DNA from: Octopus sinensis
Taxonomy: Eukaryota
Length of the DNA: 64,000 bases
Direction of reading: 5' to 3'
Assembly: GCF_006345805.1 (NCBI RefSeq)
Contig: NC_043002.1
Coordinates: 95,852,001-95,916,000, forward strand
Positions 12,366 through 24,869 of the stretch are shown here, piece after piece (position 1 is the first letter of the stretch; each line of letters begins with the position of its first letter). A program made the translations under genes and the position numbers. A model generated the notes under the pieces. It ran no database searches. It was not told the origin of the DNA and was given only the letters and a program-made list of their open reading frames with translations.

Positions 12366-13288
12366 AGTTATAATGACCTAATAACAAGACATTAAACATT
12401 TCATTTTTAGTCTTATCACAAACAATTCTGATTGAGACAGACAGACAGAGCTAGAGAGAGAGATTTTAGAAAGATTTGTCGATCAAGATGAGTGATTTTA
12501 TAGATGGTAAAAGCTTTTTGCACTATGATCTCCATTTCTAAGTGAAAACTAATGAGCAAAGACTGTAATACAAGATTGGAGGCATTTTAAATTCTATATA
12601 GAATGAGAATAGTAATAAGATATTCAAAACTCAGATGTTCTCAAAAACTTTTATTTAACCAAATGATTGTAGTTTAATTATTTGGAGAGTGTAGATAGAT
12701 ATTTTGATTGCAAATTTTCAAAAATTTATTCCTGAAAACTCAGGGGAATTAATTCTGGAAAAATGAAAATGTTTCACACCATCCAGTTTAACATCATAAC
12801 CTGGCCCAATTCAATAACACCAGTACTTGATACTTGGACTGTGAGCCTAACACCCTACCTAGTTTTATACCACCACCTTGTTCTCGGGTATCTTTGACAG
12901 AGATCACTGTGTTGCAAGCACTCCAGTCAGTTCCTTTCCCAACCACATTTTTCCTGTATACTTTGACCTCTTGATGATCAAACTGGACATCAACTTCATC
13001 AATCCACCAGTTCATAGGTATGGCCTGCAAAGATCACAGACACCACTGCTCTTCCTTATCTCATTAATGTATGTGCAGATGGATGGATGGATGGATATAC
13101 AGAGGGAGAGAGAGAGAGAGATATCAAGTGATATATAAAATTCAGCTTCATCAACTTGGAAAGCTAAAGGGATACAATATGCTCTACTTGCCACACTCTG
13201 TCTCACATAACCGACCACTTCATGGCAGTGTTAGCAGCACTGTCATACTCAGCTTCTGGAACAGGCTTATCTTTAATATATCTAAGGT

Positions 13289-13691
13289 TTACTCTTACTC
13301 TTTTACTATTTTACTTGTTTCAATCATTTGACTGCGGCCATGCTGGAGCACCGCCTTTAGTTGAGCAACTCGACCCCGGGACTTATTCTTTGTAAGCCCA
13401 GTACTTATTGTATCGGTCTCTTTTGCCGAACTGCTAAGTGACGGGGACATAAACACACCAGCATCGGTTGTCAAGCAATGCTAGGGGGACAAACACAGAC
13501 ACACACACACATATATATACATATATACGACGGGCTTCTTTCAGTTTCCGCCTACCAAATTCACTCACAAGGCATTGGTCGGCCCGAGGCTATAGTAGAA
13601 GACACCTGCCCAAGGTGTCACACAGTGGGACTGAACCCGGAACCATGTGGTTGGTAAGCAAGCTACTTACCACACAGCCATTCCTGCGCCT
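13289..13691 (-). mobile_element. tRNA-headed SINE with internal (CA/TA)n tract
   Basis: AGGCGCAGGAATGGCTGTGTGGTAAG...GGTTCAGTCCCAC head. Copies at 28018-28398(-), 28765-29153(-), 34008-34415(-), 35441-35845(+); diverged at 50785-51185(+) and 60115-60540(+). Confidence 0.85.
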
Positions 13692-14512
13692 ATTTTACGA
13701 ATTTTTAATTAATAGAGGTTACTAATATGTCAAACTGAATTAATCTGAACTACTCAACAGCAATTAATCTAAGAACAAAAAGAATTTCATTCATAAGAAA
13801 TACGGTTAATTTACAGAAAAACATATGCAGATAATTATTTTACAAAATTTCACAATAATATTAAATCAGAAAACATAAATGAATCTGAGTGATTTTGTTT
13901 ATGAAAGCTACTGACATAATTAATGTTGGTTTCACATTTTGGCACAAGCCAGCAGCTTTGGAGAAGTGGTTAAGTTGATTACATCAACCCCAGTACTCAA
14001 CTAGTACTTATTTTATTAGGACTGAAAGGACGAAAGGTAAAGTCATGCTTATGATTCTGCCAGCTTGCAGCCTTAAGAACAGATTTATTATTGACCTGTC
14101 AAGCCAAGTGAAACTATAATCGTGGCTGATGCTGGTGTCACATAGCAGGCACCCATGCCAGTGGCACATAAAAAGCACCCTTCAAACATTGGACCTCACA
14201 TAGGGGATAAGTGACCGAGACCTTTGGTGAAATGCCATGCCTGTGAAGACTTGCCAAGCCAAGCGAAACCACAGTTGTGGCCAATACCAGTGTTCAGTAG
14301 CTGGTACCCATACCAGTGGTACATAAAAAAGCACACTCTTGGAATGGTTGGCATTAGGAAGGGCATTCAACTGTAGAAACCATGCCAGATCAGACTGGAG
14401 CCTGGTGTAGCTCTCCAGCTTACCAGTTTCAATCAAACTGTCTAAACCATGCAAGCATAGAAAGCATCATCATGAATAATGCTACTAAATGATGATGAAT
14501 AATGCTACTTAC

Positions 14513-14620
14513 CAATAATGAATTGAATATTAGGATAGCGCTTACATATATCTGGGATAATTCCAGCCAAAAGATCCATTCCTTTTCTATAAACTAGCCT
14601 GCATATTACTACAATGGTAA
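14513..14620 (-). CDS. PIGA: PIGA coding exon 6
   Basis: [36 protein letters not shown]; TTTCAG acceptor, GTAAGT donor. Confidence 0.96.
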
Positions 14621-14939
14621 CTGAAAGTAATGGAAACTGATTCAGTGTCAATTCACAGGAAACAACAAAATTTCAATAAATATTTTTTAGTAGAATGATA
14701 AAAATACATAAATCTACAACTGCTCTAATTTCTTTAATTGACAGATACAAATGCTTCATTAGCCACCAAAGATCCTTGATACATTTTACACAAATAAAGT
14801 GATTGAGTGATAAAGATGCTGAACTAAATATATAACCTAAAGACTTTATTATAATGCTACCATCAGCATAATGTTTGGCTTATAAGGTTTTGTTATAATG
14901 CTTATTTATAAGTCTTTGTCATAAGACCTTGTTATAAAG

Positions 14940-15213
14940 CAGGGGTGAGAAAACCACAACCCGCAAGTGCAATTGCACCTGTGAGCCCATTTTATTGTGC
15001 CCGCAGGCTGGTATACTCGTATGTACAAAATATAGTAAATTTTTCAATTATAAAATTTATACAATATTTGTATGCCTATTTGCGACATAGTTTGCATTTC
15101 AACTACGACTTAAAACAGTTAGACTCAAAAAGAAAATCGTCCAGTAATTGCCATTTGAATGGAAATTTTGTTTTCACTATAAAACATATTGCTAGATTTG
15201 TACCACTCCCTTG
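14940..15213. mobile_element. Possible hAT-like MITE
   Basis: Starts CAGGGGTG and ends CCACTCCCTTG; no TSD recognised. Confidence 0.4.
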
Positions 15214-15899
15214 AGACCCAACTATACTCTAGCTGAAAAATACAAAATACTTCATAAGTAATATAAACATCCTAAATTCACTGGTAGCATTAATGAAGAT
15301 GTTACACGCTAATTTAATGTCTTAAACTTATTTTTATTAATGTATATTAAATTATATTATTCTTATAGTAGCAGAGGAGGAATTTTGGCTCCTATTTCTA
15401 GATTCGGTGTGTGGTGGAGCAGTTGGCTGAGCCCTAATTATAATTATGCACACACATACACACACATATATATCCATAAATGTGTCGGTGGCACGTAAAA
15501 ACACCCACTACACTCTCGGAGTGGTTGGCGTTAGGAAGGGCATCCATCTGTAGAAACTCTGCCAGATCAGATTGGAGTCTGGTGCAGCCATCTGGTTTGC
15601 CAGTCCTCAGTCAAATCGTCTAACCCATGCTAGCATGGAAAGCGGATGTTAAACGATGATGATGATGTATATTAAATTATACATAGATATATACGAGATT
15701 GACACTGATATTAGAGTTAGATATTAGAGTTAGAACTTGTGATCCACCTGCAGACCTTTTAATTTGGAAATTTTTGCCCCCACACCTGTTATAAAGCTTT
15801 CTTATAAGGTTTTCTTTTAAGGCTTTATTAGGGTTTTTTTCAAGGTTTTATAATTTGTTATAAGACTTTATGAAATTTTGTGGGATTAATAATGAGGAA

Positions 15900-16310
15900 T
15901 AGGATGAGGATGGGAGGTAGTATCTCATTTAGATGGATCTGGAGCAAACTTGGTACAAGGAGAGAAGGGTGTGGAGGAGGGGAGGAGTGGAAAGAGATGG
16001 GGATGAGGAGGAGTGGTGAGAGGCCTTGGAATGTAGAGTGGAGGGGGAGAGAGTGGTGGTGAGAAGATGAGTAGAGTGGGGTAGAGGGGAGTAAGAGGAG
16101 TAAAGTGAGCAGGGAGGAGAGGGAGGGAGGAGAGGAAGAAGGGAGATGATTAGAGGGGAGGAGGAGATGATAGAGGGGAGGAGGAGATGATAGAGGGGAG
16201 GAGGAGATGATTAGAGGGGAGGAGGAGATGATTAGTGGGGAAGAGAAAAAGATGATTAAAGAGAAGGAGAAGGAGATGACTACAAGAGGAGGAGGAAGAT
16301 TATACTCTCT
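15900..16310 (+). repeat. Polypurine tract with 19-20-nt tandem units (GGAGGAGATGATAGAGGGG)
   Basis: Almost pure G/A/T tract next to the PIGA exon 5 donor. Confidence 0.85.
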
Positions 16311-16355
16311 TATTTCAAGTTTGTCAATAATTACCGTTACACAGTAAATACTTAC

Positions 16356-16471
16356 TCTTTGACGTATCTTGTTTTGATGGATCTGGAATGAACTTGGTAC
16401 AATCAACAGCATTTGGGATGACAGACACCATTTCTGGCTTGACAGAAGACCTCAGTACAGTGTTTTCTTTA
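16356..16471 (-). CDS. PIGA: PIGA coding exon 5
   Basis: (S)[38 protein letters not shown]; GTAAGT donor, phase 2-1. Confidence 0.96.
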
Positions 16472-16919
16472 CTAGTATTAAATAAAAAAAAAAGAAAATT
16501 AGACACATAAAATATCTATTATATAACCAGTTAAAGAGCAAATATTTTCTCCATGCTTTAATGCATCACCTTTCATATTCAGAAATATATATCAACACAG
16601 TTAAGATCATATTGTTTTTAGGAGAGGCAAAAACAACAGTCACCAAGATGTGACGTCCCCACAGGAGACTAGTTTTGAAGCCCTTATCATAGAAGCAATG
16701 CTGGTCTGGCATGAGATGTTTAGGCTATGTAAACCTAAAAATTCAATGTACAGAAAGATTATGGAAAATACAACTGACCCTTGAGTAGGGGCACTATAAC
16801 TGACAGAGTGTTGGTCAGAGAAAGCACTGACAGTGTACACTGTAATAGTCTGAAAGGAAACACAAGAGATAGATATTATTTACATTTGACAGATATTTGT
16901 CCTCATCTTGTTTGTTGTT

Positions 16920-16965
16920 AACACAACGTTTCGGCTGATATACCCTCCAGCTTTCATCAGGTGTC
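16920..16965 (-). ncRNA. Minimal type I hammerhead ribozyme motif (family H1, copy a)
   Basis: GACAC-CUGAUGA-A-AGCUG-GAGGGUAUAU-CAGCC-GAAA-CG-UU-GUGUU; helix I GACAC/GUGUU; palindromic AACGUU in place of helix III; G10.1 changed to A. Confidence 0.75.
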
Positions 16966-17482
16966 TTGGGGAAATTTCGAACCTGGGTTCTCGTTTCTAA
17001 GGTATTTTTCAATGTTATTCATCATCATCATCATCGTTTAACGTTTGCTTTCCATGCTAGCATGGGTTGGACGATTTGACTGAGGACTGGCAAACCAGAT
17101 GGCTGCACCAAACTCCAATCTGATCTGGCAGAGTTTCTACAGCTGGATGCACTATTATTATCATTATTATTATTATTTTATTATTATTATTATTATTGCT
17201 ATGGTCACTGCCTGGAATCGAACTCAGAATCTTGCAGACCGAGTGCAGATATGAGTAGCATATGGGAACCGGTATTAAGGAAGGATAGGAAAATATTAGA
17301 TTTATAAGACCTAAAATTCACTCCATAATTGCTCACGGGTATATGGCATAGTGGTTAAGAGCACAAACTACTAACCCCAAGATTCCAAGTTCGATTATTA
17401 TTATCCAGTGAGGAGGACAGCAAGAACAACAACATCGAAAAATACCTTAGGAATGAGAACGCAGGTTCGAAATTTCCCCCAA

Positions 17483-17528
17483 GACACCTGATGAAGGCTG
17501 GAGGGTATATCAGCCGAAATGTTATGTT
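17483..17528 (+). ncRNA. Minimal type I hammerhead ribozyme motif (family H1, copy b)
   Basis: GACAC-CUGAUGA-A-GGCUG-GAGGGUAUAU-CAGCC-GAAA-UG-UU-AUGUU; helix II perfect; two transitions in helix III and helix I. Confidence 0.72.
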
Positions 17529-18149
17529 AACTGCAATTATCCGTCAAATGTAAATAATGTAAATAGTGTACATAATTCCTCATCTCTTAAATATAGAACT
17601 GTATTACAAGAGATAGATGTTACCCCAAGGTAAACCAATCACCTAGGATTAATTGGAACTACTAATTGGAACTACTACAGCCAGAAATCAAAAGTAACCG
17701 TAGACACCACTGTGATATTCAGGGAATCTGAGAGGGTTCATGCTAATATATTCAACTTAAAATAAGCTACATTCACTTGTGGAAAAACAAAAAAAAAATT
17801 CAACGTAAGGGGTATCAGCCATCTGAATGTGGCTAGGCACTGGGGGGGTTGGGGTTACTGATGCTTTTAGCCCCAGGCGATCAACGTCACCAGAGGACTT
17901 TAGACACTATCTCAGTGTACTTGTTTGTTTGTAAAGGGAGGTCATCCTCCCTCGAAGATCCGGGTACTACATACGGACTATAGTTTCTAATTCTCAAGAC
18001 AAGGGAAACAACTCCATAAACTAGTGCCCTTGCTCTTTGGAAGTACGGTGAGAATTCTGCACGTTTTGGTTTATTACTATACAAAAATTTTTAGTTAGTC
18101 TTTTATTGAAATAATTTGAATTTAAAATTTTTAGAGGCATAACTCTATA

Positions 18150-19446
18150 AGATGCACCAAGTGTAAGCTATGGACACATAAGAGGTGCAACAATGTCAAA
18201 GGAAGGCTAACTGGGAAGAAAGTTTTTGTATGTGGCAGATGCTCAGGACCAATAAACATTGAAAATGCTCAGAGACCAACTTCCGCCACATTCCACGGAA
18301 AAAAACTAGAAATTGTTGATAACTTCCGTTACCTAGGTGACCAAGTCAGTAGCGGGGCCGGGTGTGCAGAAAGTGTAACTGCTAGAGTAAGAATAGCCTC
18401 GGCAAAGTTCAGAGAGCTCTTACCTCTGCTGGTAACAAAAGGCCTCTCGCTCAGAATAAAAGGCAGACTGTATGACGCATGTGTACGAACAGCCATGCTA
18501 CATGGCAGTGAAACTTGGGCCGTGACTGCTGAGGATATGCGTAAGCTCGCAAGGAATGAAGCCAGTATGCTCCGATGGATGTGTAATATCCTTGAGAGAA
18601 GGACATTACACTTGAGAGTGTAAGTACCTTGAGAGAAAAGTTGGACCTAAGAAGCATCAGTTGTGGTGTGCAAGAGAGACGTTTGCGCTGGTATGGTCAT
18701 GTAGCGAGAATGGATGAAGATAGTTGTGTGAAAAAGTGTCACACCCTAGCAGTTGAAGGAACCTGTGGAAGAGGTAGACCCAGGAAAACCTGGGACGAGG
18801 TGATGAAGCACGACCTTCAAACTTTAGGTCTCACCGAGGAAATGACCAGAGACTGAGACCTTTGGAAGTATGCTGTGCATGGGAAGACCCGGCAGGACAA
18901 GTGAGACCATAGCCTGTAACCTCTACCTGGGACGTAGCCAGCCCACTTATGCATAACTTTCCTTCTTGTGACACAAACCCTACTTGTGAAGACCTGTTGA
19001 GGCAAGTGAAAATCAAAATCAAAATCAAAATCAGTCAACATCAATGGAAATTGTAGCTGTGATATCAGAGCCGGTGGCACGTAAGAGAACCATCCGAACA
19101 TGGCCATTGCCAGCGCCGCCCCGACTGGCCTCCGTGCCGGTGGCACGTAAAAAGCACCATCCGATTGTGGCCGTTTCCAGCCTCGTCTGGCCCCCATGCT
19201 GGTGGCACGTAAAAAGCACCATCCGATCATGGCCGTTTGCCAGCCTCGTCTGGCACCTGTGCAGGTGACATGTAAAAAGCACCCACTACACTCACAGAGT
19301 GGTTGGCGTTAGGAAGGGCATCCAGCTGTAGAAACACTGCCAGATCAGACTGGGCCTGGCGCAGCCTTCTGGCTTCCCAGACCCCAGTTGAACCGCCCAA
19401 CCCATGCTAGCATGGAAAATGGACGTTAAACGATGATGATGATGAT
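18150..19446 (+). mobile_element. RTE-type LINE 3' portion (ORF2 end, 3' UTR and (GAT)n tail)
   Basis: FRYLGDQV...LYDACVRTAMLHGSETWA...LRWYGHVARMDEDSCVKKC...GRGRPRKTW; 3' UTR with tandem sub-repeats; ends AAACGATGATGAT. Confidence 0.9.
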
Positions 19447-20380
19447 AACATCAAATTACCATATACTTTAAAAAGTAAATGGGTTAATTAATTCTGATAT
19501 ATTTAGTCCAGCTTTAAAATAATTTGAGGCTATCTAGGGCTACATTATCTATGGGTCTCTTTTTTTTTTTAAGATGGTAGGATATTGTAGGAGAGGGATT
19601 TGACTACTATTTCTAGTAAATCAAGTAGCCTTAGAGACGTAGCAGAATGGAACCAGTTACATAATGGCTTCTGTCTCTCACTCTGACACACACACCTAAA
19701 TACATCATCACTGTTGTTATCATCATTTAACGTCCGCTTTCCATGCTGGTATGGGTTGGACAGTTCAGAAGAAACTGGTGAACCAGAAGACTGCATCAAC
19801 CTCCAATTTCTGCTTTGGTATAGTTTCTACAACTGGATGCTCTTCTCAATGCCAACTACTTTACAAAGTATACTTGATGCTTTTAACATAGCACCAACAC
19901 CAGCAAGGTCACCAGATAACTCCCAAGACCCCACTCAACTGAGTGAAGGAGGAGCAGCACTAAGAGAGGTAGCTTTATGCTAGGTGATGAAAGGTTAAAC
20001 TATGATAAGGAGACAAGAACAGGTGCTTTGCTGTAGGGAAAGTATATGGTTACCCCAAATGGAAGAGGAGGAGGGTGATGGTGAAGGCATGTCAGAGCAC
20101 ATCCTCAAGTAACAGAAAGGAGAATAAAGAGAAGTAGTGTGAGTAGTAAGTTCACATGAGTGCAAAAGACATTGGTGCATTTACGTCCCTGTAACTTAGC
20201 AGTTCAGCATAAGAGATCAATAGAATAAGTACTAGGCTTATAAAGAAAACAATCCTGGGATCAATTTGTTCAACTAAAACCTTTCATGACAGTATTCTAG
20301 TATGGCTGCAGTCAAATGACTGAAACAAGTAAAAAGGAAATAAAAAAAGATTATATATATGTGCATGTGTGTGTAAATAT

Positions 20381-20411
<31 letters not shown>

Positions 20412-20869
20412 CAATCAAAAATAAGCAACAAGAATGATTCCGGTAATTTAGTACAATTGTTTCATACTACAATTGTACTAAATTACCAGAATCATTCTTG
20501 TTGCTTATTTTTGATTATAATCACCCCGCAAATTTTTGTGGGTAACACCATACAAAATTCTGGTGCATCTAAATTAAGTACCATATTCATTTGAATCTAA
20601 ATTGTTGCTGATCTTATATATATATATATATATTATATCTCGCCTGGCACCTGTGCAGGTGGCACATAAAAAACACCCACTACACTCACGGAGTGGTTGG
20701 CGTTAGGAAGGGCATCCAGCTGTAGAAACATTGCCAGATAAGACTGGAGCCTGGTGCAGCCTTCTGGCTTTCCAGATCCCCGGTCGAACCGTCCAACCCA
20801 TGGTAGCATGGAGAACGAACGTTAAATGATGATGATGATGATGATGATGATATATATATACATACACAG

Positions 20870-20908
<39 letters not shown>

Positions 20909-20970
20909 TGATTTTGATTTTGATTTTTCCAGTTTCAGCTAATGAGCTGTGGCCATGCTGGGGCACCGCC

Positions 20971-21003
<33 letters not shown>

Positions 21004-21005
<2 letters not shown>

Positions 21006-21516
21006 GTAAATCCTCAAGTATAGTCTGCCCTTGAGTATAATATGCAGGGGATTTTTAGGGGGCTGTACCTCTGAAAAACCTAAACCTTGTGTATAATACG
21101 CATCCCTTCTCTAACTTGAGTCAAGGAGGTCTATATAACGTCTTTGTTTTGTAAAAATGTATATGGTAACATCCTTTATTATTATTATATATATAACATA
21201 ATGCAAACGTGTAGATTTTCTGTGCATTTTGTTTGCAGAAAATAAAGAAATAACAGTAATAACGTTTAATAAATGTTGCTTACTGCAAGTTATGGATGAT
21301 TCTCTTATGACTTCATTGCTTTCAGGCTTAGCTTAAGGGGTATTTTTGCCCCCGACATCACAAAATACGTCTGAATAAACATTGCTAGACAGCAAATAGA
21401 GACTCGGATATTGCTTAGTAGATATTTTTCATTTTTAACCTCGTATATAGTACGCACTAGGGATTTTGACCTTTAAATTTTGGGAAAAAATGCGGATTAT
21501 ACTCGAGGATTTATGG
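21004..21516. mobile_element. Tc2/pogo-like MITE
   Basis: TA|CCGTAAATCCTCAAGTATA ... TATACTCGAGGATTTATGG|TA inverted ends with TA TSD. Confidence 0.75.
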
Positions 21517-21575
21517 TATATAAAATTTATTTGTAAAAAACTTTTTCTCTTTTAAATGGTAGGAATGCAACTAAC

Positions 21576-21751
21576 CTTGTATGTGAGACACAAATAGAAT
21601 GGTTACAATCTGCTAATGAGACAGTCAATACCTTATTGGTCAGTATAGAACTACCATCCGCAAAACCAAAAAGAGAATGATCGGTGAAAACCACTCTCAA
21701 TCCCATTGTCTTTGCATGGAACATAGCTTCATGTGCCAAAGTTGAAAATGC
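21576..21751 (-). CDS. PIGA: PIGA coding exon 4
   Basis: [58 protein letters not shown]; phase 0-2. Confidence 0.97.
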
Positions 21752-24019
21752 CTAAAATGTAAGAAAGTCAAAAGAAATGGTGAGAAAGTCATTGAAATCA
21801 ACAGTTTGTACAGTAACAGACAACTTGAAAATAATGCTCACTCAGTTTGAGTAATATAAAGAAGCAGCAAATAAACTGTGTGCACATGTATGTATGTGTG
21901 TGTGTGTGTGCTTGTGTGTGTGTGTGTACATATTTTTATCATTATCCCCACCACTTGATAACCGGTGTTGGTTTGTTTATGCCCCTGTAATCTAGCAGTT
22001 CTGAAAAAGAGGCTGATGAAACAAGTATCAAACTTTGAGAAAAGTGAGTACCAGGGGCGATTTGATCAACTAATCCCGTCAAGGTGGTGTCCCAGCATGG
22101 CCACAGCCCTATGATTGAAACAAACAAATAAATGAATATGTATGTATGTTTATACATATGCATGTCTGTATACATGTATACATATATACATAAGTATGTA
22201 TGTATTATCATCATCATTTAACGTCTGTGTTCCATGCTAGCATGGGTTGGACGGTTCGACCGGGGTCTTGTAAGCCATGCAGGCTGCACCAGGCTCTAGT
22301 CTGGTTTGGCAGTGTTTCTACAGCTGGATGCCCTTCCTAACGCCAACCACTCCATGAGTGTAGTGGGTGTTTTTTACGTGCCACTGGCACAGGGGCCAGA
22401 GCAGGATGGGAAACGGCCACAATCGGTTGGTGCTTTTACGTGTCACCGACACGGACGCCAGTCAGGCAACGCTAGTATGTATGTATGTATATTCGATGAT
22501 GTGGACTAGTTCTTTTTGAGTTTGTTGTCCATGTTCTGAGAGTGGGATTCAATTCGTGCAAATCTTTTACCCACTATAAAAAAATCATCATGCACAGGCA
22601 TCGCTTTAAAAAAAAGTAAGACTTAATCGCAAAAATGGCTGGTCATAGCCTTCACATGCGTGGGACTCATGATCAGGCAATGGCAATACTCAAAAATGAG
22701 TTTGCAACCAGCTAGCCAGCCAGTCATCTAACCATCATTCATTCATTCATATATATATAGGTTCGTATGTATATATGTATATATATATACATATATACAT
22801 ATGTATGTATCATCATCATCATCATCATCATCATCGTTTAACGTCTGCTTTCCACAATAGCATGGGTTGGACGGTTCGACTGGGGTCTGGCAAACCAGAT
22901 GGCTGCACCAGACTCCAATCTGATCTGTCAGAGTTTCTACAGCTGGATGCCCTTCCTAACGCCAAACACTCCGAGAGTATAATGGGTGCTTTTACGTGCC
23001 TCTGGCATGAGGGCCAGTCAGGCGATACTATGTATGTATGTATACATATATACATATGTATATGCATATGTATGGATTTATGTACATATTTATGTACGTT
23101 CTCTTTCTCTCTTCAATTTTAGAGCAAATTTTAACTGGCTTCCTACATGGTAGCAAAGTCATGAAGGAAAGTATCTTCTTTTAACAATCATCCTTTAAAT
23201 CCTAAGAAGATTTTGCAGATTTTTATAGTCCCAGACATCGTGATCATTTGTAGCATATAAATTATGGATTTGCATTCTCCCTCCAAGATTCCAATACTTT
23301 GCTCCAGACAGGTTGGTATGTATCCTGTTGCTCCAATAGGTATGAAGCTGAAAGTATAGCTTGGGTATTATGAATATATAATGTGTGTGTGTGTGTGTGT
23401 ATATATATACACACATATATATATGGCGCAGCCTTCCAGCATGCCAGACCAGTCAAACTGTCCAATCCATGCCAGCATGGACAACAGACATATGATGATA
23501 TATAGATATATATTTCTTTACTGCCCACAAGGGGCTAAACATAGAGGGGACAAACAAGGACAGACAAAGGGATTAAGTCGATTACATCGATCCCAGTGCG
23601 AAACTGGTACTTTATTTATCAACCCCAAAAGGATGAAAGGCAAAGTCGACCTCGGTGGAATTTGAACTCAGAACGTAACAACAGACGAAATACCGCTAAG
23701 CATTTCGCCCGGCACACTAACGTTTCTGCCAGCTCGCCACCTTTATGATGATATATAGATATGTATGTATGTATGTATGCATGCAAGAGACATTGTGCAG
23801 GTTCCATTTCCCAAATTCTGTCACAAAAGATTAGTCAACCAGGAGCAATAGTAGAAAACACTTGCCCAAGGTGCTAAACAGTGTGACTGAACCTGGAGGC
23901 ATATAGTTGGGAAGCAAACTTCTTAACCATAAAGCCATGCCAGTGCTTTTAATCTAAAACTTATGAACATGTATATATTATCTGACACTATCTTTAAACT
24001 ATATTTATATAACTTACAA

Positions 24020-24170
24020 ACATAAATTATTATCATAATTTATTACATAAATTATTATCATAATTTATTACATAAATTATAATCAATTTTTTACATAAAT
24101 TATTATCATAATTTATTACATAAATTATTATCATAATTATTATCATAATTTATTACATAAATTATTATCA
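24020..24170. repeat. About 25-nt AT-rich minisatellite (TAAATTATTATCATAATTTATTACA)
   Basis: About 6 tandem units. Confidence 0.85.
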
Positions 24171-24746
24171 TCATCATTTAGCATCCGCTTTCCATGCTGG
24201 CATGGGTTAGACAGTTTGACTGGAACTGGTAAGATGGAGAGCTGCACCAGGTTCCAATCTGATTTGGCATGGTTTCTACGGTTGGATGCCCTTCCTAATG
24301 CCAGCCATTCCAAGAGTGTAATGGGTGCATTTTACATACTACCAGCACCAGCCACAACTATGATTTCATTTGGCTTGACATGTCTTCTCAAGCACAGCAT
24401 ATTGCCAAAGGTCTCAGTCACTTGTCATCACCTCCATGAGGTCCAACATTTGAGGATCATGTTTCAACACCTCATCCCATGTCTACCTCTACCACAGGTT
24501 CCCTCCACAGTTAGAGATTGGCACTTCTTTACACAGCTATCCTTGTCCATATGCATCACATGACCATACCAGCACAGTCATCTCTTGCACATCACATCTG
24601 ATACCTCTTATGCGCAGTTTTTCTCTCAAGACATGTACACTCTGTCATACATGCACACTGACATTGCACATCCAGCAAAGCATACTAGCTTTGTATCATC
24701 ATATATTCGAAATTCAATGCATTCCAGTTTTTAAAAGTTATCTTAC

Positions 24747-24869
24747 CGAATGTCCATGAACAATAGTGATTTTCTCTCGAATGAAAATATCCCGAAGCAA
24801 GGGAAATGAGGTGAAAAGTGATGGCAGAATGCATTGGTTATAAATGGGGTAGAATGGCAGGTAATAAAC
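24747..24869 (-). CDS. PIGA: PIGA coding exon 3
   Basis: [41 protein letters not shown]; AG and GTAAGA boundaries, phase 0-0. Confidence 0.96.

Larger units (their letters stand above)
16861..17610. mobile_element. Inverted pair of a tRNA-like-head plus hammerhead element (Penelope pLTR/retrozyme-like)
   Basis: About 150 nt around each hammerhead are inverted homologues; inner arms AATCGAACTCAGAATCTT / AAGATTCCAAGTTCGATT; an RTE tail is inserted at 17019-17150. Confidence 0.65.

Noticed and set aside
12794-13030. 78-aa ORF with unusual-looking sequence (possible decayed L1/Tx1 or hidden exon)
   Set aside because: No recognisable motif or convincing splice sites; I could not assign it without a database search.
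15858-16412. 184-aa Ser/Pro/Leu-rich ORF
   Set aside because: Translation of a polypyrimidine simple repeat overlapping PIGA exon 5 in another frame.
19070-19290. CRISPR-like repeat/spacer appearance of the GTGGCACGTAAAAAGCACC units
   Set aside because: The units are the 3' UTR sub-repeats of an RTE LINE; the intervening sequences are homologous to each other and there are no cas genes.
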